From NCBI RefSeq assembly GCF_964204645.1, contig NC_134032.1, forward strand, positions 16,418,275 through 16,482,274: 64,000 nt of DNA. Direction: 5' to 3'. Under the pieces are notes generated by a model. The model ran no database searches and had not been told where the DNA came from. It saw only the letters and a program-made list of their open reading frames with translations. The DNA is from Tubulanus polymorphus (Eukaryota > Animalia > Nemertea). The position numbers and the translations under genes are program-made. Below are positions 10,611 through 22,900 of this stretch, one piece after another (position 1 is the stretch's first letter; each line of letters starts with the position of its first letter).

Positions 10611-13600
10611 ATGGGTAAGTCAGTAGATATTACGATATATTTTTTTCAATTCTACATCGCAGTTTGTTACACAAATGATATTTTGAAAAAAACTTTATTT
10701 CAATATATCACACTTAGCCAAGCCCCTGACCATTTAGTTACAATGACGTTATTCCTTGAAAATGGATTTAGTGGAAAACCGAAAATGATTCAGATTTTAA
10801 CATTTTGATATTTTGTCGGATTTCTGATTGTTGGACTTGGATTTCTTTTTTAATGTTAGAAAGAATTTTAATGCTAAACGGCGCGTGAAAGAATTGGTCC
10901 TCTCCAATCTATATATCCTTAGATTATTCAGAAATTTTCATTTTCAGAAATTAGATTTAAATCATATAGGCTCTTATAGACAAACCTTCTGAAGCGTGGC
11001 GGTGTATAAAACTGGGTCATAACCATTATAAACCTTTATAACGTCCGCTCTCACCTCCGTTTCCTCCCTCCTCCCTTCCTCCCTCCCTTCCTCCTTCCCT
11101 CCCTCCCTCCCTCTCTCCCTCCCTCACTCTCAGTTTCTCTCACTCCCTCTCTCTTTTCTAGCGTGTTGTAACGATGAAGATAACGGACCTGGTTATAGGA
11201 CCCCCCTCGAAGCGATGAAAGGTCCTCGTGAAAAGTTAATCTATGTATCATGTATCAGAAGGAAGACGCCGTCTGCGCACCTGCCTGATTACATGGCTAC
11301 TGTTGATGTCGACCCAACATCGTCCACTTATTGTCAGGTAGTGATCGTGGTACCCTCTAGGGGGCGGGGGTTACATGACAACCACTAGGGGGTGGGGGTT
11401 ACATGACAACCACTAGGTGGAGTGGAAGTTGGACCACTTTCAGGACAGAATGAACCTAATTTGATTTGTTAGTTTCGATATCGTTGATAGACAATATATA
11501 AACATAGTGCAAAGAGCGCGTTCCAATCTAGAAAATAGAAACCGGTCTGGACTAGTTCGTTACTAACTAGTTCACCGTGTTGTGATCGTCTGTACCAGAT
11601 AACGCTGAAAATCTATACCGGGTTCACATCGAGTTCAAAACTATATGCAATTCAATATCCTTATGTTCGAGTTTTAGTCAGAAAACAATAAAATGTATAA
11701 CGACAGCCAAAATCCGCCCAACGCCCACATACAAAAAATGTATGAAATGAATATATTTCTATTCACCTTTGTGCAGGTGATTTCGAGGGCAACAACAACT
11801 CATCTTGAAGATGAACTTCATCACTCCGGGTGGAACGTCTGCTCAAGTTGTCATGGTGATACGGAGAAGGCCCGGAAGTATATAATTTTTCCGACGATAG
11901 AGGGCGATCGGGTGTATCTGTTCGACACGAAAACCGACCCGAGATCCCCGAAATTACACAAGGTTTGAGAAAGAAAATGAATCCATTGATTTCAGGAACC
12001 GTGGTTTCACTGTCGTGGGTGGGGACTAGAATATTCAACTCAAGAATGAAAACATCTGGAATAAACTAATGTGGGTTCAGTGCTAACTGTGGAACTGGGT
12101 TCAGTGTTAACTGTGGAACTGGGTTCAGAGTTAACTGTGGGACTTGGTTCAGTGCTAACTGTGGAACTGAGTTCAGAGTTAACTGTGGAACTGGGTTCAG
12201 TGTTAACTGTGGAACTGGGTTCAGTGTTAACTGTGGAACTGAGTTCAGAGTTAACTGTGGAACTGGGTTCAGTGTTAACTGTGGAACTGGGTTCAGTGTT
12301 AACTGTGGAACTGGGTTCAGTGTTAACTGTGGAACTGGGTTCAGTGTTAACTGTGGAACTGGGTTCAGAGTTAACTGTGGAACTGGGTTCAGAGTTAACT
12401 GTGGAACTGAGTTCAGTGCTAACTGTGGAACTGGGTTCAGAGTTAACTGTGGAACTGGGTTCTGTGTTAATTGTGGAACTGGGTTCAGAGTTAACTGTGG
12501 AACTGGGTTCTGTGTTAACTGTGGAACTGGGTTCAGAGTTAACTGTGGAACTGGGTTCTGTGTTAACTGTGGAACTGGGTTCAGAGTTAACTGTGGAACT
12601 GGGTTCAGAGTTAACTGTGGAACTGGGTTCAGAGTTAACTGTGGAACTGAGTTCAGTGCTAACTGTGGAACTGGGTTCAGAGTTAACTGTGGAACTGGGT
12701 TCAGAGTTAACTGTGGAACTGGGTTCAGTGTTAACTGTGGAACTGGGTTCAGTGTTAACTGTGGAACTGGGTTCAGAGTTAACTGTGGAACTGAGTTCAG
12801 TGCTAACTGTGGAACTGGGTTCAGAGTTAACTGTGGAACTGGGTTCAGAGTTAACTGTGGAACTGGGTTCAGTGTTAACTGTGGAACTGGGTTCAGAGTT
12901 AACTGTGGAACTGGGTTCAGAGTTAACTGTGGAACTGGGTTCAGAGTTAACTGTGGAACTGGGTTCAGTGTTAACTGTGGAACTGGGTTCAGAGTTAACT
13001 GTGGAACTGGGTTCAGAGTTAACTGTGGAACTGGGTTCAGAGTTAACTGTGGAACTGGGTTCAGTGTTAACTGTGGTTACTGGGTTCAGAGTTAACTGTG
13101 GAACTGGGTTCAGAGTTAACTGTGGAACTGGGTTCAGGGTTAACTGTGGAACTGGGTTCACAGAGATATTGAATGGTTGTATTATTTACAGGTGGTGGAA
13201 GCCGAGGACATTCTAGAGAAAACCGGACTTTCTACCCTGCACACGTCACACTGTTTGGGTTCAGGAGAAGTGATGATCAGTACTATGGGCGATATTAACG
13301 GTGACGGGAAAGGTATTGTTGTGTTGCGAGGCGATAACGGGTTCCGGGCCGTGTTAGGTCAATTGTTATCGAGATAGATATAAAACACTTGATATTAATA
13401 TTTACATAAATAATCGCGTGCAAATCGGGTCAAATTATTCAGAACACATTTTAACGATGATTAGATATTGCCCCCGATTTAGTTAGGCCAAAGGCCATTT
13501 ATACAATACAATCATATTACCATAAACATTTTAAACTATGATTTTTGGGAATCCAGTTTTATTTGTTCGAGTTATTTTCAGGTGAATTCCTATTGTTGGA

Positions 13601-15501
13601 TGGTAGTGATTTTTCTGTGAGGGGTAAATGGAATCGAGGTCACGATATCGCGGAATTTGGATACGATTTTTGGTATCAGCCGAATCATAACGTACTAGTA
13701 TCGACTGGATGGGGTCACCCTCGCTGCTTCAAGAAAGGATTCGATATCGAAGACGTGAAAAATGGTAAAGTTGACAGACTGATGGTCTGACTCATAGAGG
13801 GTTCAGGAGGAAGCCACCAACATTAGCCCAGCACCTGTGCCTATAACAGCTGTGAAGAGCTGTTTGGTTTAGGGGGGGGGGGAGTGGACCCCGCTCCTAT
13901 GTGTTTTAGTTTGATAAAAATCCCATCCTCCCTCGGCAGAGATTCGAATCTGATGCGAACGCCTGTGGTATTCTCTATGATTCAGGTTGTTATGGCAACT
14001 CGTTGTATATATGGGACTGGACGACTCATGAATTACGACAGACGATCAATTTAGGACCAGACGGAGTGATTCCGTTAGAAGTGAGATTCCTTCACGATCC
14101 TGAATCTCCAGTCGGATTCGTCGGATGCGCTTTGAGCAGTTCTATTTTTAGAATCTATAAAACAACGGTCAGTTTAACACCCTTCGACGTCATAGGGTGA
14201 GGATCCACGGAACCAGGACGCGAATAATGATTTGAATATGATACTCTATTTGTAGGGCGGAAGTTGGGCGGCTGAGAAAGTGATCCAAATTCCAAGCAAA
14301 AAGGTCGAAGGTTGGGCACTTCCGGAGATGCCATGTATGTATTCCTCTAGCATAGTGCTCCCTTCCTTCCCCCGCACCCTTTCCTCCCTCCCTCCCTCCC
14401 CCGCACCCTCTCCTCCCTCCCCCGCACCCTCCCTCCCTCCCCCGCACCCTCTCCTCCCTCCCCCGCACCCTCCCTCCCTCCCCGCACCCTCTCCTCCCTC
14501 CCTCCCTCCCTCCCTCCCCCGCACCCTCTCCTCCCTCCCCGCACCCTACCTCCCTCCCCCGCACCCTCTCCTCCCTCCCTCCCTCCCCCGTACCCTCTCT
14601 CCCTCCCCCGCACCCTCTCTCCCTCCCCCGCACCCACATAGTCTCAAGTATAAATACATCTATTTTAGCTCTAATCACTGATATCCTGATTTCTCTCGAC
14701 GATCGATATCTGTACGTCAGTAATTGGTTACACGGTGATCTCAGACAGTACGATATATCCGACACTCGACATCCGAGATTAGTCGGTCAGGTAATCCGTC
14801 AATATCTTACGTACATAATTCTTATATTTCTACCAATTGACTTCAGTAACAAATACATCGTTTCAATTCTCTTACAATTCAAAGGTTTTCATTGGAGGAA
14901 GTTGTTGTTCCGGTGAAGGGGTGAAGGTCACACACGATCAAGAACTTCCGGTACGTTGTCTATACCCAAGTCGTTAACGGATCAGTAACTTTACGGTGTT
15001 GTTGCGGTACCAACAACTCTTGACGCAGAAAGCCCGTGATTTTGGCCACTTGTAACTTATTTCATTCCCGTATATTTAACAGGCTCAACCGGAAGCGCTG
15101 TTTCTGAAGGGTAAGAAAGTTGAGGGCGGATGTCAAATGTTACAGTTAAGTTTAGACGGTAAACGGATGTACGTCACGACCTCCCTCTTCTCAGCCTGGG
15201 ACCTTCAATTCTATCCTCAACTTATCAAGTACGTAAATATGATTAGCAGTAAATATGGCTGCCTCCATGCGTCCCCTAATGACGTCACATGCATGTTTTT
15301 CAATGTTTCAGTAATGGTGGTATGATGATACAAATTGATGTTGATACTATCCACGGCGGTTTGAAGGTTAATAGAGATTTCTGTGTGGATTTTGGACAAG
15401 AGCCCGGTGGTCCATCGCTAGCCCACGAGATGCGCTACCCGGGAGGTGATTGTTCCTCTGATATTTGGCTGTGTGAACCAAAAGCTCAATCGAAGATTTG
15501 A
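10611..15501 (+). CDS. SELENBP1: Methanethiol oxidase / selenium-binding protein 1 (SBP56 family)
   Basis: Exons 10611-10614 (ATG G), 11162-11337, 11777-11962, 13192-13312, 13582-13764, 13986-14167, 14256-14334, 14669-14790, 14885-14950, 15083-15228, 15312-15501. Motifs [99 protein letters not shown]. Confidence 0.97.
12070..13160. repeat. 24-bp minisatellite (~45 copies) in SELENBP1 intron, related to a MITE terminal repeat
   Basis: Unit GTTAACTGTGGAACTGGGTTCAG(A/T); core AACTGTGGAACTGG is shared with the element at 5433. Confidence 0.95.
14358..14636. repeat. C-rich tandem repeat in SELENBP1 intron
   Basis: CCCCGCACCCTCTCCTCCCT units. Confidence 0.9.
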
Positions 15502-16006
15502 ATATTATATGTCACCGTTAATGCTTATTTAATTGTCTAATGTACAATGAAAATAAAAGTGAAATAATTAGTGCGTTCAAAAAAGAATTTATGGATTCGA
15601 TTCTCAATTTTGGATGGATTGACATTTACAATATGGTCGCTGCAGATCTCCTTATGACGTCATCACTGAATACGAGCTCAAAGATTCGAAGAAAACAATA
15701 AACGGGATTTAGTTTAAAAATAAAGAACCTTGATTCCTCCCCAGATTGTCAACAAGTTCCGGTTGTAGGATCGTCACAGCGTGTTTACGAGTTATCGCAG
15801 CTGGTCAGTAAGAGACGGCTTGGTAACGAGTTAGAGCTGTCGTCTGTCACCAGCTGCAGCAGCAGCAGCTGCTGCTACTGACCAGTGAGGTCCTAATTCA
15901 TTGTAACATACGTCTTCAAGTACAAATCAGTTTGACATACAACTATAGACACATTATCAGACACATCATCAGACACATCATCATCAGACACATCATCATT
16001 ATTAGA

Positions 16007-16106
16007 ATGAATTCATATCAGAAATTCAGCCTTTTTATCGTTTTTTTTATTTTCACAGGAATTATTTTGATGCGCGTAAGTAGAATATTTCTAAGATTAT
16101 TACATA

Positions 16107-16191
<85 letters not shown>

Positions 16192-19177
16192 TGCTGCTGC
16201 TAGGGTTATCAGTTCAAAAAAGTCAATAACGAGTTTAATGAGGTCACTGTAGAGTTTAATGAGAGGTCACTGTAGAGTTTAATGAGAGGTTACTGTAGAG
16301 TTTAATGAGGTCACTGTAGAGTCTAATGAGAGGTCACTGTAGAGTTTAATAAGAGGTCACTGTAGAGTTTAATGAGAGGTCACTGTAGAGTTTAATGAGA
16401 GGTTACTGTAGAGTTTAATGAGAGGTCACTGTAGAGTTTAATGAGAGGTCACTGTAGAGTTTAATGAGAGGTTACTGTAGAGTTTAATGAGAGGTCACTG
16501 TAGAGTTTAATGAGAGGTCACTGTAGAGTTTAATGAGAGGTCACTGTAGAGTTTAATGAGAGGTTATAGTTTTGTTATTTGTAACTCACCTCGTTATTGC
16601 TGCCTCTATCACTGTCTGTGTACATCTGTTCATCGGACTGGATTACCCCACTGGGCTGGGGCTGTTGACCAGTTTCAACGGGCTGGGGCTGTTGACCAGT
16701 TTCACCGGGCTGGGGCTGTTGACCAGTTTCACCGGACTGGGGCTGGATGATTACACTCGGCTGCTGACCTGTAATCGATGACAAGTTAAGAATTGATTTA
16801 TGATAACAATTTACGGAGTAAAATACAATTGAAATATGAAACTAGAGTAACTAACGTTGAGCAGCTGAGACACCAGACGAGGGGATTCCCCGACCAGACA
16901 ACGGGATTCCCCGACCGATTCCACGACCAAAACTAATCATCCCCGAATTATTCAATCCTGACATTGAGAATGAAGCTGGAGTGAGTAATCTGTGAGTCGA
17001 TCCTCCTCCTCCTCCTCCTCCTCCTCCTCCTCCTCCTTCTTTGGAAGATGCTTTAGCATCGTTTTCATTCTTCTCCTTAAACAGCAGGTTTTGTTCCGTG
17101 AAAATCTAGATTTGACAATAATCAACACAAGTTCAAGAAATACTACAGTGAAGTCATCAGGTGAGACGGCGTCAAAATCACTCATCCTTACTACTTGTGA
17201 CATCATCAACTGTTGTTATTGACTTAAAAACTAAATAACTATCGATCCTTCATAGATAAAAAGATCACCATTTGTCTAGCAACTCCCTGACAAAAACTCG
17301 AAATAAAGCTTAACCCATTGAGAGCTCGGCCATAACCCTAACCCTAGCCAGACTCGAACTCGCTATCTCTAGCATGCCAGCCGAGCATGCTAACCACTAG
17401 ACTACAGACCAGGAATGAATGTCATAGCTTGTCGGTTTGTCTGGTCAGTGTGGTGACTGGTGACCAGTCAGGTGTGGTGACTGGTGACCAGTCAGGTGTG
17501 GTGACTGGTGACCAGTCAGATGTGGTGACTGGTGACCAGTCAGGTGTGGTGACTGGTGACCAGTCAGGTGTGGTGACTGGTAACCAGTCAGATGTGGTGA
17601 CTAATGACCAGTCAGGTGTGGTGACTGGTGACCAGTCAGATGTGGTGACTAATGACCAGTCAGGTGTGGTGACTGGTGACCAGTCAGGTGTGGTGACTGG
17701 TAACCAGTCAGGTGTGGTGACTGGTGACCAGTCAGGTGTGGTGACTCTATTTACTAACAACACCCACTCTATCAGTCTCTGCTGATTACACCAGTTTCTT
17801 ATCAAGATTTTTCATCTATTGTATAGTAATCATCGGGTTCAATATATTTTTAGAGTTGACTTTAAAATGGTGGGAAGGTGAGGCGCTGATTTATGGGTAA
17901 GAAGGGAATCCCGATTCCTCATTATGGAACAAACTATAAACAAATGTAACTAGTTGTAACTGTTTATTACGATGTTGTTGGTTGAAAGTATTTTATTTTA
18001 TTTATGAAACTGAAACTGGAACAGCTATATGAAGAGAGGCGCGATGTATGAATGTAAGAATAAAGTCCTATACGGTAAAGGAGGTGAAGGAAGCTGGTAT
18101 GTTTGTCATGATGAACCGTTTGCGCCTAAACCAGGCTGTTTAGCGCTGTCATTCGGGTTAGTATACTTCTACTGAACTACTGCGAATTTCTTTTTAAGAA
18201 TTCCAACAATCTGTTCAGCAAAGGACACAAAGTTCTGGTGAATATCGAACTGATTTTACTAAACTGATTGTAATAAACTGATTGTGACATTCATCGACAT
18301 TTTCTCTTTCGCTATGGTTGTTGATCACGTGATTTAGAATTGGAAATCTGTGGCAATTCGACGATCAAATGGAAAAATTCGGTTGTGAAGTTTATGCATT
18401 CGACCCGAGGTGTGTACTCAAGCATCGAGTTGTTCGAGGACTATTTTAGATCAACTATAGACATGCATGTTTTTATATTCTAGTATGGGCGTCTCCGATC
18501 ATAAACATTCGAAGAATGTTTGGTTTTACAACTTGGGAGTGGGCGGCTCCGATACGGATAGCTTTGTGCCGAGAAAAAACAGCTACGTCAAAAATGATCA
18601 AATCTGGAAAATACGAACAGTAAAATCTATTCTAAAAATGATCAAGCGTGAAAATGTAAGTTGCAGAAACTTTAAAACCCCCGAGTACTGGGGGAGAAGC
18701 ATATAGGGCCTACCATTCACTCGCCAGGGGCGCTGCAGTTGCTTAACGGTTGGTTAGAAAAAACCACGGATAAATACCATGTAACAATGAAAGCCTAGGA
18801 CCGTTAGGATTGAACCCCAACTTGTTGTAATTAACCAATCAATTTATGTCTTTATTTCTATTTATTTTCTGTAGAGAATTATTGATTTTCTAAAGATCGA
18901 CGTTGAAGGAACAGAATTCGACGTTTTGCGCAGCATTCTTAACGACGGAACAATGAACATCGTTAAACAGTATCTAGTTGAATATCACGTGTTCGGTGAT
19001 CAGAAGTTTAAAATGGGTCAGTACGCGATTGATATGAAACGAACTCTTCAATTAGGATTTAATCCGTTCCTAGTTCGCAATAAATTCCCGCTAGTCGGCG
19101 TGAACCGGAAGTCGTATCGATGGCAAGCTGATGTCGGTTTCGTCAATATGAATTTTCTGAAGAAAATAAAGAAATAA
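16007..19177 (+). CDS. METTL24-like (Methyltransf_22/FkbM-related) methyltransferase with N-terminal signal/anchor
   Basis: Exons ~16007-16075, 17088-17160, 17854-17896, 18025-18156, 18338-18409, 18484-18655, 18875-19177. Motifs GSWYVCHD, CLALSFGIGNLWQFDDQMEKFGCEVYAFDPS, WFYNLGVG, IDFLKIDVEGTEF, VKQYLVEYH. The first three exons are less certain. Confidence 0.85.
16107..16201. repeat. (GCT)n microsatellite
   Basis: ~31 GCT units in the first intron of the METTL24-like gene. Confidence 0.95.
16210..17037 (-). pseudogene. Inverted partial genomic duplicate of GTSF1 (part of exon 5, intron, exon 6, 23-bp minisatellite)
   Basis: Reverse complement matches ~25446-26556 nearly base for base, including the intron. 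ORF 16575-16784(-) equals ORF 25686-25868(+) plus one extra 9-aa unit. Confidence 0.93.
17330..17450 (-). mobile_element. tRNA-related interspersed repeat with (TTAGGG)n tail, copy 2
   Basis: Minus strand GTAGTCTAGTGGTTAGCATGCTCGGCTGGCATGCTAGAGATAGCGAGTTCGAGTCTGGCTAGGGTTAGGGTTA. Confidence 0.65.
17445..17747. repeat. 24-bp minisatellite (~12 copies) made from the leader of the tRNA-related repeat
   Basis: Unit GGTGTGGTGACTGGTGACCAGTCA. Confidence 0.93.
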
Positions 19178-19304
19178 AAAATACACATTTTTCCGATTCA
19201 AAAAGTTCGAGTTGTTAGTTTTCGAGGTTCTGATGGTGACCCGCCGGGATCGTAGTCCCCCCCCCCCCCACACAGGCGGCCGCGTCTTACATTGTCAGAC
19301 ACCA

Positions 19305-19435
19305 GGGTCCAATTTCACGAACAAGTTTAAGCTCAAAACGGTAAAGTTTGAATTGTTGTCCTCATTGAAAACATGAAGTAACTAATGGCAATTACACCAA
19401 AAATTTGAGTTAAACTTTTTTGTGAAACTGGGCCC
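19305..19435. mobile_element. MITE-like element
   Basis: Inverted termini GGGTCCAATTTCACGAACAAGTTTAAGCTCAAA / TTTGAGTTAAACTTTTTTGTGAAACTGGGCCC. Confidence 0.65.
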
Positions 19436-19964
19436 TGGGCCTGAAACCGGCCGTCAACCCAGACAGGTATCTGTGCAGAATATAATCATATCGGACTGGT
19501 ATTTGAAATTAAATCCGCCATTGGACTGATCAAAATCTCGAGAGACGAATTCAGTGATGGTCCAACCGATTCTTCCCGTCGACGATGTCTACAATCCCGA
19601 TTGTGAAAATCAACTGATGGAAGTACACGGCCCGGTTTCGGCGGTTTAGTTTCATATCGGATCAGATTTGGCGCCCGACCGCGCGGGCTTCAAACTCTTT
19701 CAATAAAGTCAGTAAATTAAATTCAACTCACCGGATTACATTCCGAAACCTTATACGCCGTATGGCCGGGGCACAGTCCTAAACCGGAGTCGTCACTTTA
19801 CAAATTACCACTGCGCAGTTTCTGAGAAAGGACGCGAGGACAGTAAGTATTTTTTGGCTTCTAAGTTCGGTTTTCTCAGTATGTGACGACCGCACGGATT
19901 GCTGTAGATTGAAGTAGATTTTATTCCATATTTTTATCAGGTGACCGAGACCCCCCGCAGAGAA

Positions 19965-22900
19965 ATGGCGCTACACCGTATAAAAGACCCGGATGATCTA
20001 ATCGAATGTCCCTATGATTCTGTACATATGGTCAGAGCTAAAAGATTCCCTTATCATTTGATGAAATGTCGCCGAGTAAGTATCGATCTAACATTTAAAT
20101 GTATTCCAATAATTCCTGCTGATTTCTGTAGTGTAAATGTTGTTGATGTTATTTTACAGAACTATGCAGGAATGGATTACGCGACGTGTCCGTTTAACGC
20201 ACGTCATGAGTTCCCGGTTCCCGAGAGACGTTATCACATCGCCAACTGTCCCGATAAAGCTATATTAGAGAAACAGATAGCTGAAGAGTCTGGTCGCGGT
20301 GGGACGATGTATAAAGGTTGTACGGAAATGCCGATATCCGACTGGGTTCCTCCAGAGGCGACGGAGGATTGGGAGACTGAGGCAACACCTGTCGCTCGTA
20401 TCGGAATAGATGAAAGATTATTAGATATCGACCCGAATTTACCGAGATTTAAAGACATGACCGGAATGAAACCATCGGAGAAAAAAGAGTTTAAACGTCG
20501 CTTATTACTGATTGCGGAGAGAAGAGAGAGAGGTGAGGGGGTTTCACAGGGTCGTCATACGAGACCGGTGAGGGGGGTTTCACAGGGGTGTCATACGAAT
20601 CCAGTGAGGGGGGATTCACAGGGGTGTCATACGAGACCGGTGAGGGGGGATTCACAGGGGTGTCATACGAGATTGGTGAGGGGGTTTCACAGGGGTGTAA
20701 TACGAGACCCTCTATATTTTCAGTTTTAATTCGAGAACAATTTCTGACAAATAAACTTGATTGAATTGAATGTTGATATTTCAGGTGAGTGCGTTGATGA
20801 CATCAGTTTAGACGTCGTTAAGCATCCTGTAAATCCTGTCGCCGTGACAACGACTACGACAACCAGACTGCCGAAAACTAAACCTCAAGTAATAGCGGCA
20901 AAGGTAAATATGCCACAAAACACGCAGAGGTGCGGCTGCCTGCTTGTGTACTGATACCGGTGACAACAGTAACCGTTGATTTCAGACACATCCGGCTAGC
21001 CGCGTGTTAATACTCTACTGATACCGGTGACAACAGTAACCGGTGATTTCAGACACATCCGGCTAGCCGCGTGTTAATACTGATACCGGTGACAACAGTA
21101 ACCGATGATTTCAGACACATCCGGCTAGCCGCGTGTTAATACTCTACTGATACCGGTGACAACAGTAACCGGTGATTTCAGACACATCCGGCTAGCCGCG
21201 TGTTAATACTCTACTGATACCGGTGACAACAGTAACCGGTGATTTCAGACACATCCGGCTAGCCGCGTGTTAATACTCTACTGATACCGGTGACAACAGT
21301 AACCGGTGATTTCAGACACATCCGGCTAGCCGCGTGTTAATACTCTACTGATACCGGTGACAACAGTAACCGGTGATTTCAGACACATCCGGCTAGCCGC
21401 GTGTTAATACTCTACTGATACCGGTGACAACAGTAACCGGTGATTTCAGACACATCCGGCTAGCCGCGTGTTAATACTCTACTGATACCGGTGACAACAG
21501 TAACCGCTGATTTCAGACACATCCGGCTAGCCGTGTGTTAATACTCTACTGATACCGGTGACAACAGTAACCGGTGATTTCAAACACATCCGGCTAGCCG
21601 TGTGTTAATACTCTACTGATACCGGTGACAACAGTAACCGGTGATTTCAGACACATCCGGCTAGCCGCGTGTTAATACTCTACTGATACCACTGACAACA
21701 GTAACCGGTGATTTCAGACACATCCGGCTAGCCGCGTGTTAATACTCTACTGATACCGGTGACAACAGTAACCGGTGATTACAGACACATCCGGCTAGCC
21801 GCGTGTTAATACTCTACTGATACCGGTGACAACAGTAACCGATGATTTCAGACACATCCGGCTAGCCGCGTGTTAATACTCTACTGATACCGGTGACAAC
21901 AGTAACCGGTGATTTCAGACACATCCGGCTAGCCGCGTGTTAATACTCTACTGATACCACTGACAACAGTAACCGGTGATTTCAGACACATCCGGCTAGC
22001 CGCGTGTTAATACTCTACTGATACCGGTGACAACAGTAACCGATGATTTCAGACACATCCGGCTAGCCGCGTGTTAATACTCTACTGATACCGGTGACAA
22101 CAGTAACCGGTGATTTCAGACACATCCGGCTAGCCGCGTGTTAATACTCTACTGATACCGGTGACAACAGTAACCGGTGATTTCAGACACATCCGGCTAG
22201 CCGCGTGTTAATACTCTACTGATACCGGTGACAACAGTAACCGGTGATTTCAGACACATCCGGCTAGCCGCGTGTTAATACTCTACTGATACCACTGACA
22301 ACAGTAACCGGTGATTTCAGACACATCCGGCTAGCCGCGTGTTAATACTCTACTGATACCGGTGACAACAGTAACCGGTGATTTCAGACACATCCGGCTA
22401 GCCGCGTGTTAATACTCTACTGATACCGGTGACAACAGTAACCGGTGATTTCAGACACATCCGGCTAGCCGCGTGTTAATACTCTACTGATACCGGTGAC
22501 AACAGTAACCGGTGATTACAGACACATCCGGCTAGCCGCGTGTTAATACTCTACTGATACCACTGACAACAGTAACCGGTGATTTCAGACACATCCGGCT
22601 AGCCGCGTGTTAATACTCTACTGATACCGGTGACAACAGTAACCGGTGATTTCAGACACATCCGGCTAGCCGCGTGTTAATACTCTACTGATACCGGTGA
22701 CAACAGTAACCGGTGATTTCAGACACATCCGGCTAGCCGCGTGTTAATACTCTACTGATACCGGTGACAACAGTAACCGGTGATTTCAGACACATCCGGC
22801 TAGCCGCGTGTTAATACTCTACTGATACCACTGACAACAGTAACCGGTGATTTCAGACACATCCGGCTAGCCGCGTGTTAATACTCTACTGATACCGGTG

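Noticed and set aside
12040-13190. 373/381-aa mucin-like ORFs
   Set aside because: A 24-bp array inside a SELENBP1 intron whose flanking exons join in frame without it.
10611-15600. Selenocysteine recoding in SELENBP1
   Set aside because: No in-frame TGA was seen before the normal stop, and SELENBP1 is not a Sec-encoding selenoprotein.
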